A stretch of 36,638 bases of DNA from a bacterium. GTDB taxonomy: Bacteria > Patescibacteriota > Minisyncoccia > UBA6257 > GWB1-50-10. Every line of letters begins with the position of its first letter. Position 1 is the stretch's first letter. The notes beneath the pieces were generated by a model, which saw only the letters and a program-made list of their open reading frames with translations, was not told the origin of the DNA and did no database searches. This document shows, piece after piece, positions 25,847 to 34,287 of the stretch. Made by a program: the position numbers and the translations under genes. The stretch spans positions 1 through 36,638 of the forward strand of contig JAKAGX010000002.1 of the NCBI GenBank assembly GCA_021825465.1. The letters run 5' to 3'.

Positions 25847-27202
25847 TTATAACAGCACCGAATCCCCCCGTGAAGGAGCGAGGACGTCGAGGGAAAATTT
25901 TTCCTTGATCCTTTCCGCAAGGACGTCGGAAGCATTCCCGTCGCCTTGGACCACAAAGACCTTTTTCACACCCTTCCCCAACCGAAAAACCCAATCGAGG
26001 AGCTGACTTTGGTCGGCGTGAGCCGAATAACCGCTGATCGAAAGGATCGTCGCCTTTACCTCGACGGCTTGGCCGAGGATCTCGACGCGGCGTTCTCCAT
26101 CCAAAAGCCTCCGCCCCAAGGAATTCACCGATTGATACCCGACAATAAGGAGTGTGCTCCGAGGATCGGAAAGATAACGGACCTCATGGTGTAAAATCCT
26201 TCCGCCGTTCGACATCCCGGCGCCAGCTATCACGATCTTGGGCGGCTGGACATCGTTGATCTTTTTCGACTCTTCTTTCGTAAGCGTCGTCGTAAGGCCG
26301 GGAAAATCAAAAATATTTCCGCCCGACCGCACCACATCAATGAAGCCTTCGTTGAAATACAACGGGTTTTGGGAATACTTCCGATAGACATCCGTAAGCT
26401 TAATGGCAAGAGGGCTGTCGACGAAAACCGGCACGGCGGGGATTTCTTTCTTCTCGACCATGTCATTCAACTCGAAGAGCATCTCTTGGGTCCGCTCGAG
26501 AGCGAAGGCAGGGATCATAAGGACGCCTCCTCGGCGGACGGCACCTTGAACATCCTCCCGCAATATCTCCTTCCGCTTATCTAAATCCTCATGGATCCGG
26601 TCGCCGTATGCGGACTCCACAAGCGCATAATCGGCATCCATCGGATACTCCGTCCCCGTAATAAGGGGTGACGGATTGTTCCCGAGGTCGCCGGAAAAGA
26701 CGATCTTTTTCCCCTCAACCGACACCACAAGCGAAGACGAACCTAAAATGTGGCCCGCATTGAAAAATTCCACTGAAAACGGCCCGACCGCAACCGTCTT
26801 ATGATATGCAAATCCTTGCCACAGGCCGAGCGTCCGATCGATATCATCATCGTCGTAGAGCGGCCGATGGCCTCCTTTTGCCGCTTCTTCACCGAACAAA
26901 TGCGCCGTATCTTCAAGCATGGGCAAAGCAAAATCCTTGGTCGGCTCCGTTGAATAAATTGCCCCGCGAAAACCATCCTTCACAAGCTTAGGAAGGCGAC
27001 CGATGTGATCGATGTGGGCATGCGTCACAAAAACCGCCTGCACCTCGCGCGGATCATACGGGAACTGCTCATAATTCAAATCTTCGCAAAAGCTTTCCCC
27101 CTGATTCAATCCGCAATCGACGAGGATCTTTGTATCACCGGATTCCAAAAGATAATTGGAACCGGTGACGATCTTGGCCCCGCCGCAAAAAGTAAGCTTC
27201 AT
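25847..27202 (-). CDS. MBL-fold beta-CASP ribonuclease
   Basis: VTGSNYL, VDCG, THAHIDHIG, AGHILGS, SGDLG, ESAYG, YSAHADQ. Start reassigned to ATG 27202. Confidence 0.9.
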   Translation of the reverse strand: MKLTFCGGAKIVTGSNYLLESGDTKILVDCGLNQGESFCEDLNYEQFPYDPREVQAVFVTHAHIDHIGRLPKLVKDGFRGAIYSTEPTKDFALPMLEDTAHLFGEEAAKGGHRPLYDDDDIDRTLGLWQGFAYHKTVAVGPFSVEFFNAGHILGSSSLVVSVEGKKIVFSGDLGNNPSPLITGTEYPMDADYALVESAYGDRIHEDLDKRKEILREDVQGAVRRGGVLMIPAFALERTQEMLFELNDMVEKKEIPAVPVFVDSPLAIKLTDVYRKYSQNPLYFNEGFIDVVRSGGNIFDFPGLTTTLTKEESKKINDVQPPKIVIAGAGMSNGGRILHHEVRYLSDPRSTLLIVGYQSVNSLGRRLLDGERRVEILGQAVEVKATILSISGYSAHADQSQLLDWVFRLGKGVKKVFVVQGDGNASDVLAERIKEKFSLDVLAPSRGDSVLL

Positions 27203-27209
27203 CCCGCCA

Positions 27210-28493
27210 TTATACCCCGCTTTGCTCGTTCGCAAAACGTTCGGCGACAAGCTCTTTTACAATTTCCCTCTCATTCCACGGAATCGTCCTCTTTTTTGCA
27301 ATATGAATAGAAGACTCGCTTCCCTTTCCGGTTGCAACGACAACGTCCCCCGGCAAAGCCCCATAGAGAGCCTTCCGGAGAGCTTCACGGCGATCGAGGA
27401 CCTTCCAGTAGTTCTTTGAAATTTGGAACTTGGAATTTGGGATTTGCAAAAGTCCGGCCTCTATCTCATGTATGATGGCTTCCGGGTCTTCGTCGTAAGG
27501 ATCTTCGTCGGTCAAAATAACTTCGTCGCAAAATTTTGCGGCGATGCCGCCCATAACCTTCCGCTTCCATTTATCCCGCCCGCCGCCGGCGGAACCAAGA
27601 ACACAGATCAATTTTCCACCGGATTCTTCAGCGAACGAGCTTTGCGCAGCCGAATAAATCTTCTCGAGCGAGTCCGGAGTGTGGGCATAATCGACGATCG
27701 CCGCGAACGGTTCCTTCACCACAAGATCAAACCGCCCCGGCGTTCCGGTGAATTCCCGAAAGGCCTTTTGGACCGCCGCAAGCGGCACGCCGCGAACGGT
27801 CGCAAACCGGAGGGCGGCAGCAGCATTTAAAATGTTGAAATCGGGCATAAGCCAATCGGCGATCGCCCGGCGGCCGGAAGCAGTCTTAAGATCCCATCCC
27901 CACGACTCCGCTTCACGGACGAAATATTGCCTGTCAAACGGGAAGATTTCGGCATCGGGAGCGCCTTCGACGGCGCGGATGAAATAATCCTTGTTTTCAT
28001 CTTCGGCGTTCACAAAAAACTGCTTTGGCCTTTTGCGTGACCGAAGGACATCTTGAAAAAATCTGACCTTGGCCGCCCGATAATTCTCGAACGAACCGTG
28101 CGATTCGATATGTTCGGGAGAAAGGTTCATAAAAAATGCCGCATCCCAATCGATGAACCGATCGCGCCACTGAACGACGCCCTGTGAAGTGACTTCCACA
28201 AAGGCATATTCGGCACCCGCGCGGACCGCATCCCTCAAGAAGCGCTGAATAAAAAACCTACCCGGCATGGTATTGCCCGAGACCTTTTTTGTCTCAGAGC
28301 CGACGATCCGCCGCTTCACGGAAGAAAGAAGGGCTGTTTTTTTTCCAGCCGATTCCAGAATGGCATTCAAAAGTTCGAGTGTGCTCGATTTTCCCTTTGT
28401 GCCGGTAACGCCGATGACCGTGAGATGCCGGCTCGGCCGGCCGTATATGACATTTCCGAGAAACGCCAGCAAAAAATGATAAATTTTCCTCAT
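27210..28493 (-). CDS. murE: MurE-like UDP-N-acetylmuramyl-tripeptide synthetase
   Basis: GVTGTKGKSST, EVTSQG, NLSPEHIESHG, GRF, VDYAHTPDSL, GGRDKWKR, TGKGSE. Confidence 0.85.
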   Translation of the reverse strand: MRKIYHFLLAFLGNVIYGRPSRHLTVIGVTGTKGKSSTLELLNAILESAGKKTALLSSVKRRIVGSETKKVSGNTMPGRFFIQRFLRDAVRAGAEYAFVEVTSQGVVQWRDRFIDWDAAFFMNLSPEHIESHGSFENYRAAKVRFFQDVLRSRKRPKQFFVNAEDENKDYFIRAVEGAPDAEIFPFDRQYFVREAESWGWDLKTASGRRAIADWLMPDFNILNAAAALRFATVRGVPLAAVQKAFREFTGTPGRFDLVVKEPFAAIVDYAHTPDSLEKIYSAAQSSFAEESGGKLICVLGSAGGGRDKWKRKVMGGIAAKFCDEVILTDEDPYDEDPEAIIHEIEAGLLQIPNSKFQISKNYWKVLDRREALRKALYGALPGDVVVATGKGSESSIHIAKKRTIPWNEREIVKELVAERFANEQSGV

Positions 28494-29074
28494 TTTTTTT
28501 CACCCAACACCTTCAGGGCCCCCCGGAGCTTTTCTTCAACGCCCGCATTGGGAACGTCGTTCATCGCGGAAAGCACCCCTTTTACCGTACGCCGGTCATA
28601 TCCCAATCCTACGAGGGCATCTTCAACCTCGACGTTCACTTCGGTCGCCTTATCGAGCCCCTTCACCTCAGAAACGTTGATCTTATTCTGAAGTTCCAAG
28701 ATGATCCGTTCCGCGGTCTTCTTTCCAATGCCCGGGGCGCGCGACAAGACGTCGGCTTTTTTACCGACAATCGCCGCCATGACATTGGGGAACGAGTCCA
28801 GATCAAGAATGAGAAGCGCCGTCCGGGGGCCGACGCCGGAGACCGTGATGAGCATCTCGAAAAATTTCAGCTCCCCTTCGTTGAGAAAACCGTAAAGCTC
28901 CAGCGCGTCCTCTTTGACGTGGAGGTGCGAGTAGACAAAGACTTCTTCGCCCCTCGGCGGGAGCTTGTACAACGTTTCAGCATTGGAGGATACCTTGAAC
29001 CCGACGCCGCCGACGTCAATGACAAAGAAATTTTCCTTCTTTTCGACAATCTTTCCGGAAAGCGAGTATATCAT
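28490..29074 (-). CDS. ruvA: Holliday junction branch migration protein RuvA
   Basis: DVGGVGF, HVKEDALELYGF, VSGVGPRTAL, PGIGKKTAERIILEL, ALVGLGY. Confidence 0.96.
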   Translation of the reverse strand: MIYSLSGKIVEKKENFFVIDVGGVGFKVSSNAETLYKLPPRGEEVFVYSHLHVKEDALELYGFLNEGELKFFEMLITVSGVGPRTALLILDLDSFPNVMAAIVGKKADVLSRAPGIGKKTAERIILELQNKINVSEVKGLDKATEVNVEVEDALVGLGYDRRTVKGVLSAMNDVPNAGVEEKLRGALKVLGEKK

Positions 29075-29131
29075 CACCAATCATTATACCTTCCGGAAAC
29101 AGATACTGGATAGTGGATACCGAATATTTTA

Positions 29132-29160
29132 TTGACATATCCCCCCGCAAAAGGTACTAT
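29132..29160 (+). promoter_or_regulatory. Sigma-70 promoter for rpsT, TTGACA-N17-TACTAT
   Basis: Near-consensus hexamers with a 17-nt spacer. Confidence 0.75.
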
Positions 29161-29172
29161 ATATCTACTTAT

Positions 29173-29448
29173 ATGCCTATCACGAAATCAGCAAAAAAGG
29201 CGCTCCGAAAAAGCTCCCGAAGGCGCGAAATGAACCTCGGAAGAAAGAAAAAAATGAGATCCGAGATCAACGCTTTCAAAAAGCTCGTCGACGCCGGAAA
29301 ATTTGACGAAGCAAAGAAGGCTCTCCCGACCGTCTATCAAGCCCTCGATAAAATGTCCAAGGTTAAATTCATCAAAAAGGGGAGGGCAAATCGGCTGAAA
29401 TCGAGGCTTTCCAAAAAACTCAATTCAGCTCAAAACAAAGTCAAGTAA
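29173..29448 (+). CDS. rpsT: 30S ribosomal protein S20
   Basis: MPITKSAKKALR...N...ALDK...IKKGRANRLKSRL. Confidence 0.94.
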   Translation: MPITKSAKKALRKSSRRREMNLGRKKKMRSEINAFKKLVDAGKFDEAKKALPTVYQALDKMSKVKFIKKGRANRLKSRLSKKLNSAQNKVK

Positions 29449-30228
29449 CGCTTCCGGGAGGTCCAATTTCCCGCTTTTCACCGAAACATCGTACGTCGCA
29501 AGGCGTGCGATTTCTTTTCCGGCTGCCTGGAGCGCCAGCGAATTGAAGATATGGCCGGAGTCGGCGCCTTCCAAAAACAGCTTTTCAAGAAAGACGATCT
29601 TTTCCGTCCATCGTCCCGCCCCAATGATCCTCCGCGAAAGCGTCCACACCTCGTCGAAGTTCGGAAACGAAGAAATCTTGTTCAAATCCTCCAAGGAGAC
29701 GGTCTTTTTGCCGAGAAATCCGGCTTTTTCTATTTCGCTCGCCGCAATCCAACTCCTCCCTTCTTTTTTGCCGGCCAAGTAATCGAGGAAAAACGAAAGG
29801 GCGTCGGGGGAAAAAGAAAACCCTCTCTTTTCCGTCTCATCCGACACGAACGAAGAAAGGCTTCGCCCCGCGAGTTCCTCGAACTCGTAGGACGTGACGG
29901 GTTTTTCAAGAAGAAAGCCGAACGCCTTCAGCGGCTTTCCCCGATCCAAAACAAAAAGATGAACCGAAGGATCGGCAGCCTCTTCTTTTAAAAATTTTAT
30001 CCATTCCTTGTCCGCAAGCGACCCGCCTTCTTCCACGGTCGCGATCTTCAATCCGCCGAAGATCGATTGTTGCCGGCAAAAATCCTTTACCCCCCTCCAC
30101 GCATCGGGATTTTCTTCCACGTCGGCATCCATCCGTTCGCTTATTTCCCCTTCTTCAAGACGACCAATGAGTTCCGCAAATTTCGCGTTTCGCCGCAGTG
30201 AATCGGGGCCGAATAAATATGTGATCAT
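29425..30228 (-). CDS. holA: DNA polymerase III delta subunit-like protein (diverged)
   Basis: MITYLFGPDSLR, QSIFGG, SEIEK, D..VKSG C-terminus. Next to rpsT, the usual neighbour. Confidence 0.7.
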   Translation of the reverse strand: MITYLFGPDSLRRNAKFAELIGRLEEGEISERMDADVEENPDAWRGVKDFCRQQSIFGGLKIATVEEGGSLADKEWIKFLKEEAADPSVHLFVLDRGKPLKAFGFLLEKPVTSYEFEELAGRSLSSFVSDETEKRGFSFSPDALSFFLDYLAGKKEGRSWIAASEIEKAGFLGKKTVSLEDLNKISSFPNFDEVWTLSRRIIGAGRWTEKIVFLEKLFLEGADSGHIFNSLALQAAGKEIARLATYDVSVKSGKLDLPEALLDFVLS

Positions 30229-30250
30229 CTCTTTTTCATAATTGTACAAC

Positions 30251-30286
30251 AAAAAACGGCGTATCCCACAAGGGCAGGATACGCCG
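30251..30286 (-). terminator. Intrinsic terminator of the 140-aa gene
   Basis: CGGCGTATCC / GGATACGCCG stem followed by T6 on the minus strand. Confidence 0.8.
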
Positions 30287-30299
30287 CTCTAAATTGTGC

Positions 30300-30722
30300 T
30301 CACTGGGTGGATGCCCAGAGCCTTCCTTGGCTCAAATGAACCGTCCAGATTCTCGTCGGGGGGTTATAAGAATTTCCCGTAAAGACCTGGGAAACGCTCT
30401 GGTAAGACCCCCGGACTTGGGCCGTGATGGACATCGTGGGATATTGGGTATAATCCCAATAAAAGAACCACGATCCGCCCGGGGGGACATCGTTGGCATA
30501 AAATTCATCCCCCCACCGACCCGCCTGACGAAAGTCGATGGCAACGCCGGTGTTGTTGATGCACCTCACGCCGCCGAACGTGATCGGGAATCCGCCTTTT
30601 TGGATCACCTTCCCCTGCCCCACGTCGACAACGGTCAACTGAAGGGGATAAAAAGCCATGCATCCGCCAAACACTGCCGCGAATGCCAGGACGGCGGCAA
30701 ACATTCCTATTCTCGTTTTCAT
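30300..30722 (-). CDS. Hypothetical exported protein with a lipobox-like signal
   Basis: MKTR, hydrophobic stretch, then VFGG-C. Has GGAGG SD, its own promoter and terminator. Confidence 0.75.
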   Translation of the reverse strand: MKTRIGMFAAVLAFAAVFGGCMAFYPLQLTVVDVGQGKVIQKGGFPITFGGVRCINNTGVAIDFRQAGRWGDEFYANDVPPGGSWFFYWDYTQYPTMSITAQVRGSYQSVSQVFTGNSYNPPTRIWTVHLSQGRLWASTQ

Positions 30723-30806
30723 TTTATACCTCCACCGATCTACATCGGTATTTTATTTCAGAAACTCTGTGTTATTTAAAACTTTATGTGCTGTCTTTAT
30801 GTTGCG

Positions 30807-30835
30807 ATTATACATCTTTTTTGAAAAAACGTCAA
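30807..30835 (-). promoter_or_regulatory. Sigma-70 promoter TTGACG-N17-TATAAT
   Basis: Near-consensus; ACATAAAG is directly repeated just downstream (30782-30802). Confidence 0.75.
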
Positions 30836-30876
30836 TAACCGTTACGAATCACCAAAATTACGCTATAATGCAACCA

Positions 30877-32544
30877 ATGCTTCAATCGAAAAAAGACGTG
30901 GAAGAGGCCCTCCAAAGACAGCGGCGCGAAGCGGAGGAAAACGACGCGAAGCGGCGCGCCGCGGAGCGCGGGTTCCCCTACCTCGACCTCATATCGGCGA
31001 AGGCGCCGACTGAAATCCAAGCCATGTCCCTCGTTCCGGAAAACGAGGCGCGGGAAGCGCTTCTCGCACCCCTCCAAATTTCGAGAAAGAAGCTTCGCAT
31101 AGCCGTCTTCGACCCCGAACTCCCAAAAACAAAAGAGCTTCTCGAAAAACTCAAGGAAGCCCATGAGGTTTCCGCGAACGTCTCGTCGATGACGAGCCTT
31201 GCCCACGCGTGGAGCTACTACCGGTACGTGGTCCCCGAAAAAGAGATCACCGGCAAGGTGGACATCAATGAAAAGACGCTGAATGAATTGAGGGAAAAAA
31301 TAAAGAGCTTGGAAAACCTGAACGCGGAACTTGCCGGATTTTCGAGCCCTTACCTTTCACAGGTCCTCGAGATCATTCTCTCGGGAGCGATCGCGCTCGG
31401 CGCTTCCGACATCCACCTCGAACCGACGGAAGAACACGGGACTCTCCGGCTCCGCATCGACGGCCTTCTTCATACCGCGTACGACAAGTTCAACCTCATG
31501 ATGTATCGATCGATCGTCACGAGGATCAAGCTGCTTTCAAGCCTGAAGCTCAATGTTTCGAACGAACCGCAGGATGGACGGTTCACTATCGGCCTTTCCG
31601 ACCGCAACATCGAAATCAGAACCTCCATCATCCCCTCCGACTACGGGGAAACGGTGGTGCTCCGGCTCCTGGACCCGAGAGCGCTCAAGGTCAACCTCGA
31701 GGAATTAGGGTGGCGGCCCGACGATCTCGCGATCGTTTACGATGAAATCAAAAAACCGAACGGCCTCATTTTAAATACCGGCCCGACCGGATCGGGAAAA
31801 ACAACGACGCTCTATGCGTTCCTCCGGAAGGTCTTCAAGCCCGAAATGAAAATCATCACCGTCGAAGATCCGATCGAATACCATCTGCCGGGCATCTCCC
31901 AAACACAAGTTGATGCGGCTGCCGGGTATACGTTCGCTTCCGGCCTCCGATCTATCTTGCGACAAGACCCGAACGTCATCCTGGTCGGCGAGATCAGGGA
32001 CAAAGAAACGGCCGACATCGCCCTCAACGCTTCTTTGACCGGCCACTTGGTCTTTTCAACACTCCACACGAACGATGCCGTCGGCGCCATTCCTCGCCTT
32101 ATCGATCTCGGGGTGCCAACGAACATCTTGGGGCCGTCTCTCAGCCTCATTATCGCGCAGAGGCTTGTACGGGTCCTCTGCAATGCATGCAAAACGGAAG
32201 TCAAACCAGATGAAGCCTTGAAAAACAAAATACAATCGTTTTTAAACGCCGTTCCGAAAAGGGTGGACAGGTCCCCCTACGCGGACTACAAGATCTACGA
32301 AAGCCGCGGGTGCGACCAATGCGGGCACATCGGCTATAAAGGAAGGACGTCGATCTTCGAACTCTTTTCCGTGGACGAATCGGTCGAAGGAGCGATCTAC
32401 AAAAACCCGACCGAAATGGAATTGAAAAAACTCGCGAAGGACAACGGCATGGTCACCATGCAAGAAGACGGCGTTTTGAAGGTGCTGCGCGGCACGACAA
32501 GTTTTTCGGAAGTCGAACGATTGACCGGACCGATCGCGTGGTAG
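30877..32544 (+). CDS. Type IV pilus / T2SS assembly ATPase (PilB/GspE family)
   Basis: ASDIHLEP, PQDGRF, TGPTGSGKTTTLY, TVEDPIEY, LRQDPNVILVGEIRD, TGHLVFSTLHTN, two CxxC. Start reassigned to ATG 30877. Confidence 0.94.
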   Translation: MLQSKKDVEEALQRQRREAEENDAKRRAAERGFPYLDLISAKAPTEIQAMSLVPENEAREALLAPLQISRKKLRIAVFDPELPKTKELLEKLKEAHEVSANVSSMTSLAHAWSYYRYVVPEKEITGKVDINEKTLNELREKIKSLENLNAELAGFSSPYLSQVLEIILSGAIALGASDIHLEPTEEHGTLRLRIDGLLHTAYDKFNLMMYRSIVTRIKLLSSLKLNVSNEPQDGRFTIGLSDRNIEIRTSIIPSDYGETVVLRLLDPRALKVNLEELGWRPDDLAIVYDEIKKPNGLILNTGPTGSGKTTTLYAFLRKVFKPEMKIITVEDPIEYHLPGISQTQVDAAAGYTFASGLRSILRQDPNVILVGEIRDKETADIALNASLTGHLVFSTLHTNDAVGAIPRLIDLGVPTNILGPSLSLIIAQRLVRVLCNACKTEVKPDEALKNKIQSFLNAVPKRVDRSPYADYKIYESRGCDQCGHIGYKGRTSIFELFSVDESVEGAIYKNPTEMELKKLAKDNGMVTMQEDGVLKVLRGTTSFSEVERLTGPIAW

Positions 32545-32560
32545 ACAAACTCCCGAACGG

Positions 32561-32606
32561 CGAAATAAAATTCCCCGAGCACGTACATGCTCGGGGAATT
32601 TCTTCT
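32561..32606. terminator. Bidirectional intrinsic terminator
   Basis: AAATTCCCCGAGCA / TGCTCGGGGAATTT (32568-32601) with T-rich tails on both strands. Confidence 0.85.
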
Positions 32607-32742
32607 CGCTGATGAAAGGTCTGTGGGCATAATGCCGTAAGGAGAGGCTTTATTAAGATTCGCTCGAGGAGGTGCCCAGCCGGAACCAAGCAGTCCGAAA
32701 TCTGGAGCAAATCTCCTGCCCACAGGCCTCTCATCAGTGACA
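32607..32742 (-). ncRNA. Candidate structured ncRNA of unknown family
   Basis: 23-bp closing stem (32607-32629 / 32717-32739) with inner stems, placed between a consensus promoter and a terminator; no credible ORF. Confidence 0.55.
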
Positions 32743-32748
32743 GGCCCT

Positions 32749-32777
32749 ATATTAGCATAAACGGTTTTAAATGTCAA
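32749..32777 (-). promoter_or_regulatory. Sigma-70 promoter TTGACA-N17-TAATAT (extended -10) facing the candidate ncRNA
   Basis: Minus strand TTGACA TTTAAAACCGTTTATGC TAATAT. Confidence 0.7.
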
Positions 32778-32833
32778 CCCTCGAAGAAACCGGCCCAGTG
32801 GGTGTATAATAAGAGAGAAAATAAGCAGATAAA

Positions 32834-33841
32834 ATGCCTAAAAATCAAGAAAAGACCAATGTCCCCGACGAAACGCAGAGCATTGAACAGCTCCTCCGCC
32901 CGCAGAGCTTCGCGGAATATGTCGGCCAGGAGAAGATCAAAGATCACCTGAGGCTCATCTTGTCGGCGGCAAAAGGCCGGCACGAAAGTTCGGACCATCT
33001 GCTTTTTTACGGGCAAGCGGGACTTGGAAAGACGACGCTCGCTTACATCATCGGACAAGAAATGGGCGTCGGCGTCAGATCGACATCCGGACCGGCTCTC
33101 GAAAAACCGGGGGACATTGCGGCCATCCTTTCAAACTTGGAGCCGAACGAAATTCTCTTCATCGACGAGATCCACCGCATCAATAAATTGGTCGAGGAAA
33201 TCTTTTACCCAGCCATGGAATCCCGAAAGCTCCATCTTGTGATCGGCAAGGGGCCGGCGGCAAAAACATTCACCTTGGACCTGCCCCCCTTCACCGTCAT
33301 CGGAGCAACCACGAAAGTGAACCTTCTTTCGGCGCCTCTCCGTTCCCGCTTCGGCGCAACATTCAGATTGGATTATTACCAAGACGACGATATTGAAAAG
33401 ATCATCAAGCGCTCCGCAAAGATATTGAACGTTGCGATAACCGACGGCGCCGTGCGCCTTCTCGCCGGAGCATCGCGGTTCACGCCCCGGGTCGCAAACC
33501 GACTCTTGAAACGCGCGCGCGACTATGCACAAGTGAAGGGGGTCCCGGAAATCGACGAAAACGTGGTACTGCGAACCCTTGAAATGCTCGAGATCGATCC
33601 TCGGGGACTTGAAAACGCGGATCGGGAGCTTTTGAACGTGATCATAACGAAATTCAGCGGCGGGCCGGTCGGTCTCAAAACGCTTGCGGCGTCCTTGAAC
33701 GACGAAATGGACACGATTGAGGAAGTATACGAACCGTTTCTCATGAAACTCGGTTTCCTGCAACGAACGCCTTCCGGAAGGGTAGCAACAAAGCTTGCCT
33801 ACGAGCACCTGGGACTCGAGAAAGAAAAGAAACTCTTGTGA
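32834..33841 (+). CDS. ruvB: Holliday junction branch migration helicase RuvB
   Basis: LRPQSFAEYVGQ, GLGKTTLA, FIDEIHR, PPFTVIGATT, PLRSRFG, TPRVANRLL, GGPVGL, YEPFL. Confidence 0.97.
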   Translation: MPKNQEKTNVPDETQSIEQLLRPQSFAEYVGQEKIKDHLRLILSAAKGRHESSDHLLFYGQAGLGKTTLAYIIGQEMGVGVRSTSGPALEKPGDIAAILSNLEPNEILFIDEIHRINKLVEEIFYPAMESRKLHLVIGKGPAAKTFTLDLPPFTVIGATTKVNLLSAPLRSRFGATFRLDYYQDDDIEKIIKRSAKILNVAITDGAVRLLAGASRFTPRVANRLLKRARDYAQVKGVPEIDENVVLRTLEMLEIDPRGLENADRELLNVIITKFSGGPVGLKTLAASLNDEMDTIEEVYEPFLMKLGFLQRTPSGRVATKLAYEHLGLEKEKKLL

Positions 33842-34287
33842 TCATCGAAGTTCGATCGAAAAACGAAACACTCGCGCTGGCAAAATTGTTCGCCGAGAGC
33901 ATATCCCCAAACGAGAAGGGGCCGCTCGTCATTGCGCTCGAGGGCGACCTCGGTGCCGGAAAAACCACGTTCATTAAAGGGCTTGCGCGCGGGCTGGGCA
34001 TCCGAAAAAACATCACAAGCCCAACTTTTCTTATGGTAAGAAGGTATGAAATCCCCCATCACCGAGGCGGCTTCAAAAATTTCTATCACGTCGATGCTTA
34101 TCGGATGAGCTCCGCGCGCGACCTTGAAACGACGGGGCTCGCCGACGCTCTTCGCGACAAGCGGAGCATCATTGCCGTTGAGTGGGCCGACCGCATCCGA
34201 AAAAACCTCCCGCGGAAAGTCATCCGCATCGCGATCGCCCATCAAAAAGAAAACGAGCGAACAATCCTATTCTCGACAAAAAAATGA
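33838..34287 (+). CDS. tsaE: tRNA threonylcarbamoyladenosine biosynthesis ATPase TsaE
   Basis: GDLGAGKTTF, TSPTF, HVDAYR, VEW. Confidence 0.94.
   Translation: MIIEVRSKNETLALAKLFAESISPNEKGPLVIALEGDLGAGKTTFIKGLARGLGIRKNITSPTFLMVRRYEIPHHRGGFKNFYHVDAYRMSSARDLETTGLADALRDKRSIIAVEWADRIRKNLPRKVIRIAIAHQKENERTILFSTKK

Noticed and set aside
30658..30876. N-terminal extension of the PilB/GspE ORF
   Set aside because: Overlaps the divergent gene and its promoter; TATAAT 7 nt before ATG 30877 marks the likelier start.
32609..32737. CTGATGA on both strands suggesting a hammerhead ribozyme; CCGGAACCAAGCAG suggesting SRP RNA
   Set aside because: No stem II followed by GAAA and no cleavage triplet geometry; the CTGATGA copies simply pair with each other. 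The SRP CAGG-stem-GNRA-stem-AGCAG motif is not formed.
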